A stretch of 34,217 bases of DNA. It comes from Polyangiaceae bacterium (GTDB lineage Bacteria > Myxococcota_A > Polyangia > Polyangiales > Polyangiaceae). Made by a program: the position numbers and the translations under genes. The DNA is taken from NCBI GenBank assembly GCA_036395495.1, contig DASWDH010000039.1, positions 1 to 34,217 on the forward strand, written 5' to 3'. This document shows, piece after piece, positions 1 to 8,530 of this stretch (position 1 is its first letter; each line of letters begins with the position of its first letter). Below the pieces are notes generated by a model. The model was not told the DNA's origin. It ran no database searches and worked only from the letters and a program-made list of their open reading frames with translations.

Positions 1-677
1 GCATCTACTTGCGGTTGCGCCTGGCCGATGCGACTTCCGTGAAGTCGATTCGCAAGGCGGCGAACGACTCGCTGCGTGACGCGTTCACGGCCTGTTTATT
101 TCGCGAGCCGAATCCGGATCCCACGTCCGGTCCTCCGTGCAAGGCCTCCCATGACTGCGCAAAAGGCACCTTCTGCAACGAGGTGGATCACTGCATGCCG
201 CCGGCGCAGCCCTACAACATGCGCACCGCCTACCACGGCACCCGCGTCTTGAGCGACGACTGGACCGTCAGCTTGAAGAGTGCGAGCGACGACATGCGGA
301 TGCGCCTGCTCGAACGGGAGTTCGAGAGCGCAGTGAAGGACGACGTCCCGCTGGTCATCGATATCCTGACGCGCGCGCAGTTTTTCCTCCTGGTGCTCGA
401 CGAAGATGCGCCGGGCGCTCCGGCGCTGCCGCCGGGCAAGTCGCAGCTCGAGGCGATCCAGGCGCTGCCGCACCCCGCGCGCGTGTTCCTCTTCGGTCTC
501 AAGCCCGGGCTCGATCGGCCGCTGCTTCGCATCCGGCGCGACGTCGCGGGACGCTTCATTCAAACCGGCGAAAGCGTTCCGACCGACCCCGACGTACTCG
601 ACGCCCAACAACGCCAGGTGAACAGCTGCCAGCTCGCCCTCTCCGTGCGCGAGGCCCTCGCCGCTGCCGCTCACTGA
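1..677 (+). CDS. hypothetical protein, C-terminal part (gene runs off the left edge), with a Cys-rich segment
   Basis: The reading frame is open from base 3 with no upstream stop. The track ORF 9..677 merely begins at an internal TTG. Third codon positions are GC-rich. The stop is TGA at 675-677. There is a Cys-rich stretch (PPCKASHDCAKGTFCNEVDHC). I recognise no catalytic motif. Confidence 0.55.
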   Translation, partial: IYLRLRLADATSVKSIRKAANDSLRDAFTACLFREPNPDPTSGPPCKASHDCAKGTFCNEVDHCMPPAQPYNMRTAYHGTRVLSDDWTVSLKSASDDMRMRLLEREFESAVKDDVPLVIDILTRAQFFLLVLDEDAPGAPALPPGKSQLEAIQALPHPARVFLFGLKPGLDRPLLRIRRDVAGRFIQTGESVPTDPDVLDAQQRQVNSCQLALSVREALAAAAH

Positions 678-867
678 GACCGCCTCGCCAGGCATCGAAG
701 AAGAAAGATCACAGGGAGTCGAGGAAGCAGGAAGGGATTCTAACGATTGGATGATCCGGCTGAGAGGAGTCGTCTCTGCTGAAGTCGTCTATGAGCGGAT
801 ACCCAAAACAAAAGTTCTCCTCGCCTCCCTGTTGATTCAACCAACGCAGGCGGAAAGAGGCGATGCG

Positions 868-1287
868 TCACCGGCGCGGGAAGGGGACCGACCAGACGGT
901 GGGGCCGAGGACCGCGAAGAACGCGCCGAGGACGGCGAGCAGGAGGGGGTACTCGGCGGGGACGCTGGCACCCGTGCCGAGCTGCGCGAGGCGTTCGAGT
1001 TGCGTGAAGGCAACGATGCCCGCCATCGTGAGGGCGATGATGAGTCCAGCGGCGCGGGTGGCCACGCCGACGGCCAGGAGAATGCCGGAGAGTTCGCCAA
1101 TCGTGACGAGCCAGGCAAGAACGTTGGGCAGGGGGAGTCCTTTTGCGGCGATCGTTTCTCCGATCGCTTGGCTTGGTCCGGTCAAGAGTTTGCGAATGCC
1201 ATGCGGCGCAACGAGGAGACCGGTCACGATGCGCAGCAATGCGATCGCGCTGGAGGGATTCATCGCGGGTATCGGGCGGTCGGGCAT
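868..1287 (-). CDS. DoxX-family integral membrane protein
   Basis: 139 aa with an ATG start at 1285-1287. About four hydrophobic helices are visible. The N-terminal LLRIVTGLLVAPHGIRKL is typical of DoxX-type proteins. Confidence 0.75.
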   Translation of the reverse strand: MPDRPIPAMNPSSAIALLRIVTGLLVAPHGIRKLLTGPSQAIGETIAAKGLPLPNVLAWLVTIGELSGILLAVGVATRAAGLIIALTMAGIVAFTQLERLAQLGTGASVPAEYPLLLAVLGAFFAVLGPTVWSVPFPRR

Positions 1288-1330
1288 GGCTCAGCTTACA
1301 ATGAGCGCGGCGAAGTGGAGTACACAACGC

Positions 1331-2002
1331 TCAACGAAAGAGGCGGTCGTTGGCGTCGACCAAGTGGACATTCGCCAACACATGCCAGGCGAACGTCAGG
1401 AAAATCGCAGGCTGAAGTTCGTCCTCGATGCCCTCGGTCGAGGCGAGTTCCGAACCGCGCCACCTCAATACGCCGCGCACACCGATCCAGGGCCCGGAGG
1501 CTTGGCCGGCCAGCGGTACCTCGGTTCCGAGCGCAAGCTCGATTCCCGGCAGCTGCGTGAATCGTCCGTCGGCATCCGCGGCCCACAGCACGCCCAAGTC
1601 GAAGGTCGTCGCATCGATGGTCAGATCGAGGATCGCTGGACCACGGTCGAGGTCGTAGCCCCAGCGTGGGATGAAGAATGGGCGGAGCGCGACCCCGAGA
1701 CCCAACGAACGGGGCACCGGGATCGAGCTCCCCAACGAGTCGGTGTAGGCGACGTACATGCCCGCGGTGCCGAGATAAAAGGCGCGGCCCAGCAAAGCTC
1801 CAGCTGGTCCTTCGCGTACCAGCATCGCGCCGGCGGCGAGCGAGATATCGAGATCCCCGTCGAAACGCCCGTACACGCCGTCGGTGAACTTGAGGCTCGC
1901 GTCCTCCGCCTGCGACGGGCCCGCGCGAGTCAGCAGCGCCAACGAGATGCCGAGAGCCCGGCAGGCGGGGCGAGTAGCGCAAGCAAACCGTCGCGTCATC
2001 AT
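1331..2002 (-). CDS. exported hypothetical protein (signal peptide)
   Basis: 223 aa. The N-terminus is basic then hydrophobic and ends in an AGPSQA-ED cleavage-like site. The start ATGATG overlaps the stop of the upstream HD gene (ATGATGA, 1996-2002). I recognise no family motif. Confidence 0.65.
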   Translation of the reverse strand: MMTRRFACATRPACRALGISLALLTRAGPSQAEDASLKFTDGVYGRFDGDLDISLAAGAMLVREGPAGALLGRAFYLGTAGMYVAYTDSLGSSIPVPRSLGLGVALRPFFIPRWGYDLDRGPAILDLTIDATTFDLGVLWAADADGRFTQLPGIELALGTEVPLAGQASGPWIGVRGVLRWRGSELASTEGIEDELQPAIFLTFAWHVLANVHLVDANDRLFR

Positions 2003-3285
2003 TCGGAAACCGCCGCCCGAATGGCGTCTCGAAGCTCGGGAGCGAAGATGAGCCGAGCGCGCGTGACGGTCTCGCCCCGTAGCCGGCCGAGCAAGAACGA
2101 GACATCACCGGGTTTGCGCGCGGCGCCGCGCGGGAAAACGACTGCGAGCGGATCGTCGTCATCCGAGAAGGGGGTGTCGGCCGCGATGTCGAGGCCGACG
2201 TAGCTCTCCTTGGCGAGACCTGCCCGGGTGGCGATGTCGCGCGCTTTCTCCAGTGCTTGCGCGCATCCGGAGGCGTCCATTCCATAGAGTTCGAGGGTCT
2301 TGAAAAGCGCACGGCTTCGAATGCGCTGGGTCAGATCGGACAGCGCACGATCTTTGGAAGACTCCCACGCGTGCATGGCACCGAAGAGCACGCCATCGTC
2401 GAGCTCGAGGTATTCGCCGAGACTGGCTTTGCGATAACGGGCGAGCGATGCGATCGCAGAGGGCATTTGGGGCAGCGCGAATCCTTCGCGTACCAAGTTC
2501 GCCGCGCGTGACAAGATCGCCCGGATCATCCATTCGGCCGCCCGCGCCGCCTTGTGAAAGTAGACTTGTTGGAACATGAAGAGCCGGGCCAGGATAAACG
2601 ATTCCAGCGATACGATGCCTTTGGCCCCATCGATGGCCAGAGGTGGGGCTTCACCCGTCGCTTTTGCCCGGCCGAACGTGAGGCTGCGCAGGAGCCAATC
2701 GAGATCGTAACGGCCGTAGGGCACACCGGTGCCATGCGCGTCGCGCAGGAGATAGTCGCAGCGATCGACGTCGAGCGTCCCGCTGACTGCACGCGCCAGA
2801 TAGGCGAGCTCGTGGCGCCCGAGTACGAGAGCGGCGACGCGCGCGGGAAGCGCCGGATCCTCGTGGGCAAGGACGCGGCTCACCTCGGAGTCTCCGTCGA
2901 GAATGATGCGGGTGCTCCACTCCTCGTGTTGAGGAGCACCAGCCAGCGCCTCTTCGAACAGATGCGAAAGCGGGCCGTGCCCCACGTCGTGCAAGAGCGC
3001 GGCGGAAAGGGCCTCTCTCGCACGTTCGGGGGTGAAACGCTGATCGGGCGCGAGCTCGTCTTCGACATCGCGCAGGCGGGTGATGAGCCGTTTCATTACG
3101 TGCGCAGTCCCAATCGCGTGCGCGAACCGCGAGTGCTCCGCGCCGGGGAAGGCGAACGAGGCGACGCCGAGCTGACGAATCCGACGCAGGCGCTGTACCT
3201 CCGACGTGGCGAGCAAGCGTACGACGATTTGATCCTCCGCCGAATCGAAGGGGATCAACCCATGAACGGGGTCGCGCAGGATCAC
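1999..3285 (-). CDS. HD-domain phosphohydrolase, SAMHD1/COG1078-like (putative dNTP triphosphohydrolase)
   Basis: 428 aa. The N-terminal block RDPVHGLIPF...EVQRLRRIRQLG...FPGAEHSRFAHAIG and the HD motif HDVGHGPLSH (HD codons at 2986-2991, minus strand) match the SAMHD1/EF1143-type HD fold. The GTG start at 3283-3285 overlaps the TGA stop of the methyltransferase. Confidence 0.85.
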   Translation of the reverse strand: MILRDPVHGLIPFDSAEDQIVVRLLATSEVQRLRRIRQLGVASFAFPGAEHSRFAHAIGTAHVMKRLITRLRDVEDELAPDQRFTPERAREALSAALLHDVGHGPLSHLFEEALAGAPQHEEWSTRIILDGDSEVSRVLAHEDPALPARVAALVLGRHELAYLARAVSGTLDVDRCDYLLRDAHGTGVPYGRYDLDWLLRSLTFGRAKATGEAPPLAIDGAKGIVSLESFILARLFMFQQVYFHKAARAAEWMIRAILSRAANLVREGFALPQMPSAIASLARYRKASLGEYLELDDGVLFGAMHAWESSKDRALSDLTQRIRSRALFKTLELYGMDASGCAQALEKARDIATRAGLAKESYVGLDIAADTPFSDDDDPLAVVFPRGAARKPGDVSFLLGRLRGETVTRARLIFAPELRDAIRAAVSE

Positions 3286-4727
3286 GTGCCGGCCTCTACG
3301 ATGAAGTTCGGCTCGGCCCGTGCCGCAGTTGCGAAAGTTGGGAGGAGTGCGTCGACGACCGCTACTTTGCCATCCACGAAGTAGATCCTCGCCCGCACCG
3401 ACGCGCTACGGTGCAGGACGGCAGTCATGGCGAGGGGGGCAGGGCGGCGCCCGCTACCTCGTACGGCGTGCCAGTCGCTTCGAAAATGCGCGCTCGCGGC
3501 AGGCGCGAGGTCGATAGCCCAGGCAATGGGCTCGGTTTCCGGACGGCACGAGAGCGTGACCTCCATCCGATCGCCGGCGAGCCATCGAACTTCGACGGCT
3601 GCGTGCTCCGTCGCGTGCCGAGCGCCGCAACGCTCGAGCCTGAGTGAACTCGGCGCGTCACGCAGAATACGGCTTCGCATCGTCGCAATCGCAACCGGAC
3701 TCTCATCCCCCACGATGAAGCTCCGTCCCAGCCGCATGGCGGCGGCCGCCGTCGTCCCCGATCCGGCGAACAAATCGAGAATGAGCCCACCGGGCGGAGA
3801 GCCCGCCGCGATCACGCGCTCGAGCAGGGCGCGAGGTTTTTGCGTGGGGTAGCCCGTTCGCTCTTCCGGTGGGACGTGGCGAAGCGGCGGAATGTCCAGC
3901 CACAACGTGTCGACCGGCTGACGGCGGCAAGGCCTGCCGGCGGCATCCTCTTCGAGCCAGTATTTAATAGAAACATTGCCCGTCGAAGTACGATGCACGC
4001 GCCCTTCGGTCTCCAGACGGCTGACCGAAGCATCGGTGTAATCTCCACGCGGCGCGAGCGTGTACCAGCGGCCCGTTCCGGGATCGCGGCGAGCGGCGCG
4101 TGCACCCACCGGTACCAGCTGATCGGGTGGCACCAGCCGCGCCTTCGGCCCAGCGCCGTACACGATGAGCGTATCCAGCGTCCGTCCGAACTGACCGGAT
4201 CGAGCTTGTCGTCCGAGGTTCGGGGCTCGGCGCCAGACGATCTCGTTGAGAAAACGTTCGCGTCCGAAGATCTCGTCGCAAAGGGAACGCACGAAGTGAC
4301 TCGAGCGCCAATCGACCTGGATCCACATCGACCCGTTGGCCTTGAGCAGCGGCTTCATCGCCGCCAAGCGGGGCATCAGCATGTCGAGGTAGGAAGCCGG
4401 GCCGTCCGCCCATCGATCACGGTAGGCTGTCGTACGCGCGACCCGGCCGGTGGCCGGTCCGTCGAGCCGTTCCTCGTGCCGGTAGTCGAGGCCTGACGCG
4501 TAGGGCGGGTCGATGTAGATGAGGTCGATCTGCCCGATGAGCCCCTGTGTCTCCAGCGCGCGGGCGACGACGAGGGCGTCGCCGCGGATGACACGGCCCG
4601 GGAGAACGTCGGCCTCTTGGCGAGCGCCCTTCACCTCCTCTTCGAGCACGAGAGGCGCCGGCGGAGTCTGAAGGGCCGCCAGAGCCTCCGTCTTGCCCTC
4701 CCAGGCGAGGACGACCTGCCTTTTCAT
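3282..4727 (-). CDS. site-specific DNA methyltransferase (N6-adenine/N4-cytosine), beta class, type III Mod-like
   Basis: 481 aa. Motif IV DPPY lies at 4500-4511 on the minus strand. It precedes motif I LDLFAGSGTT by about 250 aa, which leaves room for a target-recognition domain. The N-terminal VLAWEGK resembles the L-x-W-x-GK start of Mod-type enzymes. About 130 C-terminal aa carry no motif I recognise. Confidence 0.85.
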   Translation of the reverse strand: MKRQVVLAWEGKTEALAALQTPPAPLVLEEEVKGARQEADVLPGRVIRGDALVVARALETQGLIGQIDLIYIDPPYASGLDYRHEERLDGPATGRVARTTAYRDRWADGPASYLDMLMPRLAAMKPLLKANGSMWIQVDWRSSHFVRSLCDEIFGRERFLNEIVWRRAPNLGRQARSGQFGRTLDTLIVYGAGPKARLVPPDQLVPVGARAARRDPGTGRWYTLAPRGDYTDASVSRLETEGRVHRTSTGNVSIKYWLEEDAAGRPCRRQPVDTLWLDIPPLRHVPPEERTGYPTQKPRALLERVIAAGSPPGGLILDLFAGSGTTAAAAMRLGRSFIVGDESPVAIATMRSRILRDAPSSLRLERCGARHATEHAAVEVRWLAGDRMEVTLSCRPETEPIAWAIDLAPAASAHFRSDWHAVRGSGRRPAPLAMTAVLHRSASVRARIYFVDGKVAVVDALLPTFATAARAEPNFIVEAGT

Positions 4728-4988
4728 CGCCAGCGTAGCTTATAGCGGATCGAGCTCCTTGAGGACCGGGCTGAACCGGTGGCGGGGTGCGAGCTGAGGG
4801 CTGAGGTATGTGTCGAGGAACACGGAGCCCCGAAAACACTTCTGTAAGCACTGGATCTTCGAAGGGGTGGAAACCCGGACGTCCTTCTGGACTGGACACC
4901 GGGTGAAGAACGAGGCTAACTGATGGACTCCCTATGCCTTCTGCGCAAAAAGACACCCCGGACATCGGGATGATTCCAAGAGACGTGC

Positions 4989-7148
4989 ATGTCGCAAGGT
5001 GAAGCGCGCTCCCCGCGCAAACTCGTCGATATCTTGAGGGCTCTTCCGAGCGGGGAGCTCGATTCGCTCATCGGCCGTCTGGGGATCTCGATCATCGCGG
5101 CCAAGCGCATCGATGCCCCTGCCCAAGTCGCCCGCGCCCTGGTGTCGTTGCCCGAGGTTCGAGATCCGTCGCGGCTTCCCAACGCGAGTGCCGAGCTTCT
5201 GCACCGGATTGCCGAGGCACGCGGCTCTCTACTGGTTCAGGCGATTCCCATCGGGCTCGAGCCTCTGGCGGCCCGGGGCATCGTTTTCGCGCGTGTGCGG
5301 GGCGACTCGCCCCCATCGTCGCGTTCGGGACGTCCCAACTCGGCTCCTACCGTCATCGAGCTCGTTCTTCCCTATGCCTATTTGGTCCAGCTCCGAAGCT
5401 GGGAAGGCGAGGATCCGCGCGGAATTCGCGCGCTAATGGCGCAGGCTCCCTTCGAAACGGTCAGTGCCATCGCCTCGCACTATCTCGGTCGTCCGGCAAC
5501 GCCGCCGATCGCGCTATCGCTCGAGGACGCCTGGGAGATCCTGTCGGACAACGCCCGTCTCTCCGAGGAGATCGAGAAGCTGGCTCCCGTCGAACGCCGA
5601 TTGCTCGAGGCTCTGGAGCGTGAAGGAGGCGAGGTCGATACGGAAGAGCTGCTCGACCTCGAGCGGGAACCGATGCGGCTGCGCGGCGCGACGGGTGCGA
5701 CACCCTCGCGCCGCGGCGTGGGATTCGCGCTCGAACGGCGCGGTCTTCTCGTCCCCGTCCATCCCAACCGGCACGTGGTCCCGACTGAGGTCGCCCTCAT
5801 CGTGGGGGCGGCGCATCAGGCGGCGCGCGAGACGAGGCGAGCGGAGATCCGCTCGTTCGTGCTCGACATCGACCACGCTCCGCGAAGAGCCCGCTTCGCC
5901 GAGGATCCGGTGCCGCTCACGATCGCGCTGGCGCTCGCCGTGCGCGAGCCTGGCGTCGAGGTGCGCGAAGGTGTGGGGACTCCGCGCTCGCTGGTGACGC
6001 GCCTCGCGCAGCGGTTTGGGCGCGACGCGGAAGCGGTGGCTCTGCTTTCGGCGCTGTCCAGAGCGATCGGCCTCTGGGATGCGTCGGCCATGTCATCGGC
6101 GTCGCCGCCCGGTTCATGCGCGCTACACGAGCTGCCGCGTGCTCTGTACACGGCGTGGTGGCGGGGCGGAGCGTGGGACGAGGCGCGCCCCGACTCGGAA
6201 ATCTTGCGTCTCGCGCCCGAGGCGCGCGACTCGAGCCCTGTCGGCGTGATTCGCGAGATGGTGCTCGACGCTCTGCGCGAGCTCGGAGAGGGGCGTTGGG
6301 TTCCGTGGGATGCGGTGGCCGGCTATGTTCGCGACGACACGCGAACGGCCGCCGTCGCGCGTCTGCTCCGTCGCTGGGCCGAGCGCGCGGGCATCGAACC
6401 TCCGGAGCCGACCGAAGTCGCTCGGCGGATCGCCCTCGAGAGCCTGCCCGCGCTCGGCGCGATCGATATCGGGATCATCGACATTGGCAACACCAACCCT
6501 GAAGACGAAGAGACCGGCGGTGAGCTCGGACCCACGTTGCGTCTGACTCCTCGAGGCCGCGCACTGCTGGGAGGCAAGGATCCGACGGCCGAACCGGTCG
6601 CCAGCCGTTTCATGGACAACCAGGTGCTGCGGCTCGGGCCACAGACGCGCGTCGCGTCCGTTCTTGGATTATCGCCTCTCGTGGAGATCGGTAAGGTCGC
6701 CGGGCAGATCGACGTCATCTTGACGCCCCCGAGTTTGGCGCGGGCGCTCGCCGCCGGCGTCGAGGCCGAGGTCGTGAAGTCTCGCATCGAAGCCGTGGCT
6801 CCGCTGCCGGACAACCTGTCGCGCCTCATCGCCCAAGCCAGTGTAGTGGTGGGTAAGGGAACCTTCGTGTTGACGACGGGTTTCTTGTGGGTCGAAGATC
6901 CCAACGTCCGCGAAATGCTGCGCAGTCGGCGGCAGACGGCGGACCTGTTCATCGATCCGAGTCCGCCGGGAGGTCTGCTCGTGCAGCCGAGCGTCGATGT
7001 CGACCGTCTGACGCGCCGGTGCCGCGCGCTCGGGGTCGAGATCACCACGGAGGGGCCCATCTCTCGAGCGCGAGTGACGATGCCGCCGTCCTCCTCGGTA
7101 CCCGCCACCAGCCGGCGTGCGTCGAGCCGCCCGCGCGATACGGACTGA
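4989..7148 (+). CDS. large hypothetical protein with a possible helicase-associated (XPB N-terminal-like) DNA-binding module at the C-terminus
   Basis: 719 aa with an ATG start at 4989 and coding-like GC3 throughout. The C-terminal segment ILTPPSLARALAAGVEAEVVKSRIEAVAPLPDNLSRLIAQASVVVGKGTFVLTTGFLWVEDPNVREML resembles, from memory, the module found in XPB N-termini and helicase-associated proteins. No ATPase or helicase motifs are present. Confidence 0.7.
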   Translation: MSQGEARSPRKLVDILRALPSGELDSLIGRLGISIIAAKRIDAPAQVARALVSLPEVRDPSRLPNASAELLHRIAEARGSLLVQAIPIGLEPLAARGIVFARVRGDSPPSSRSGRPNSAPTVIELVLPYAYLVQLRSWEGEDPRGIRALMAQAPFETVSAIASHYLGRPATPPIALSLEDAWEILSDNARLSEEIEKLAPVERRLLEALEREGGEVDTEELLDLEREPMRLRGATGATPSRRGVGFALERRGLLVPVHPNRHVVPTEVALIVGAAHQAARETRRAEIRSFVLDIDHAPRRARFAEDPVPLTIALALAVREPGVEVREGVGTPRSLVTRLAQRFGRDAEAVALLSALSRAIGLWDASAMSSASPPGSCALHELPRALYTAWWRGGAWDEARPDSEILRLAPEARDSSPVGVIREMVLDALRELGEGRWVPWDAVAGYVRDDTRTAAVARLLRRWAERAGIEPPEPTEVARRIALESLPALGAIDIGIIDIGNTNPEDEETGGELGPTLRLTPRGRALLGGKDPTAEPVASRFMDNQVLRLGPQTRVASVLGLSPLVEIGKVAGQIDVILTPPSLARALAAGVEAEVVKSRIEAVAPLPDNLSRLIAQASVVVGKGTFVLTTGFLWVEDPNVREMLRSRRQTADLFIDPSPPGGLLVQPSVDVDRLTRRCRALGVEITTEGPISRARVTMPPSSSVPATSRRASSRPRDTD

Positions 7149-7209
7149 CCTCCGTCAGAAATCTTGGGGCCGTTGTGACGCACCGCCCACGTGTGACAGC
7201 GATGCCGGC

Positions 7210-8520
7210 TCACATCCGGAGGCGGCTTTCGATCCACGCGATCTCCGATCCACGCTGCGACAGGCTCGCGATTCGGCCGCGGGATACGAAGATTTCGGGA
7301 GGAAGACAGCGGCCGTTGTAATGGCTGGCCATCGTGAATCCGTACGCGCCGGTGTCGCGAATGACGACATGCTCGGGCAGCGGATCGGTCGGGAGCTCGT
7401 GGATGCCGAAGTCGTCGGAGCTCTCGCAGATGGGCCCCACGACGCGAAAGCGTGCGGTGGGCACACCATCGATGGCGTGGACGGGTTCGATGCGGTGGCG
7501 TGCCTGGTAGAGCGCCGGTCGGATCAAGTCGTTCATGCCCGCATCGATCATCAGCCAGCGCCGGTCGGTGGCTCGCGACACTTTCGACTGGATCACGCCG
7601 GCGACGAGCACGCCGAAAGGTCCGACCAGGGAGCGGCCCGGCTCGATGATCAGCCGGTGCGATAGACCTGCCGCTCGCTGGGCCGCGAGCAGGGCGCGCA
7701 CGAAATCGCCCGGAGCCACCTTACACCCCTGGCCGTAGTCGATGCCGAATCCGCCGCCGGCATCGACGAAATCGAGCCCGCCGCGTGCGGCCTCGCGCGC
7801 TTTGACGATGTCGAACAGCACGCGCGCCGCGGCGATGTAAGGTTCGGTGGTCGTCTGGGTCGAACCGATGTGCGACGACAGGCCGACGAGCCGCAACTCC
7901 CTGGCGGCGTCGACGGCAGCGTAAGCTTCGCCGAGATCGCCGCGGGCGACGCCAAACTTGGCTTCGTCGTGCCCCGTTGCGACATGGGCGTGGGTATCGA
8001 TCTGGATGCCGGGATTGATACGGATCGAAATTCTGCCTACGCGGCCGACGGTTCGAGCCCGTGCCGCGACGCGAACGATCTCCTCGACGCTTTCCGCCTG
8101 AATCGCGCAGATTCCGCTCGGGCCGGCGCCAAGCGCGCGGTCGATCTCGTCGTCCCGTTTGGCCACGCCGCTGAACACGATCTTGTCGGGGGAAAGCCCT
8201 GCTTCGAGCACGAGCCCGAGCTCGCTTCCGGACACGACATCGGCACCGCATCCTTCCGAAAAGAGGCTCTCGAGGATCGGACCCGCCGAATTGGCCTTGG
8301 CGGCATACGCAATCAGGTGAGGTGCCGACCCGAAGCTCTGCTCGAGCGCCTGGGCAGCTACCCGGATACCATCGATATCGTAGAGGTATGCGGGCGTCCC
8401 ACATCCGGCGCTCGCAAGGATGGTTTCGACGGAACTGCCGCCAATCGTCGCTGTCCCTCGTGCATCTCGACCCAGCATTGCCCCCGTGTTTAGCACTAAA
8501 AAGCGTTCTCTTTGTGGCAT
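7210..8520 (-). CDS. lysA: diaminopimelate decarboxylase (PLP-dependent, alanine racemase fold)
   Basis: Motifs seen are AYAAKANS (PLP lysine), IEPGRSLVG, GPICESSDDFG and DTGAYGFTMASHYN. The track ORF extends to 8703, but that extension overlaps pyk. The likely start is ATG 8518-8520 (436 aa), with ATG 8476-8478 as the alternative. Confidence 0.85.
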   Translation of the reverse strand: MPQRERFLVLNTGAMLGRDARGTATIGGSSVETILASAGCGTPAYLYDIDGIRVAAQALEQSFGSAPHLIAYAAKANSAGPILESLFSEGCGADVVSGSELGLVLEAGLSPDKIVFSGVAKRDDEIDRALGAGPSGICAIQAESVEEIVRVAARARTVGRVGRISIRINPGIQIDTHAHVATGHDEAKFGVARGDLGEAYAAVDAARELRLVGLSSHIGSTQTTTEPYIAAARVLFDIVKAREAARGGLDFVDAGGGFGIDYGQGCKVAPGDFVRALLAAQRAAGLSHRLIIEPGRSLVGPFGVLVAGVIQSKVSRATDRRWLMIDAGMNDLIRPALYQARHRIEPVHAIDGVPTARFRVVGPICESSDDFGIHELPTDPLPEHVVIRDTGAYGFTMASHYNGRCLPPEIFVSRGRIASLSQRGSEIAWIESRLRM

Positions 8521-8530
8521 CCTGTGGGCT

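Noticed and set aside
678-867. 190-bp AT-richer convergent intergenic region, examined for a terminator, small RNA or repeat. It contains an 8-bp direct repeat AGTCGTCT x2.
   Set aside because: It has only weak, short complementarity, no stable stem followed by a U-run, and no recognisable RNA family features. It is most simply the 3' UTR space of two convergent genes.
863-2312. Long ORFs 863..2203 (+, 446 aa) and 1296..2312 (-, 338 aa) spanning the DoxX, exported-protein and HD genes
   Set aside because: These are shadow frames with Arg/Pro/Ser-rich composition. The alternative frames give recognisable proteins (a DoxX membrane protein, a signal-peptide protein and an HD hydrolase).
6323-7237. 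304-aa minus-strand ORF antisense to the 3' end of the 719-aa gene
   Set aside because: It has Ser/Arg/Pro-rich composition and no motif. The opposite-strand frame shows ordinary amino-acid composition and continuous GC3 bias.
8420-8530. Upstream extension of the pyruvate kinase ORF
   Set aside because: It would overlap the lysA 5' end on the other strand. It would also add 37 non-conserved residues ahead of the canonical TKIVCTIGP N-terminus. The GTG at 8531 is preferred.
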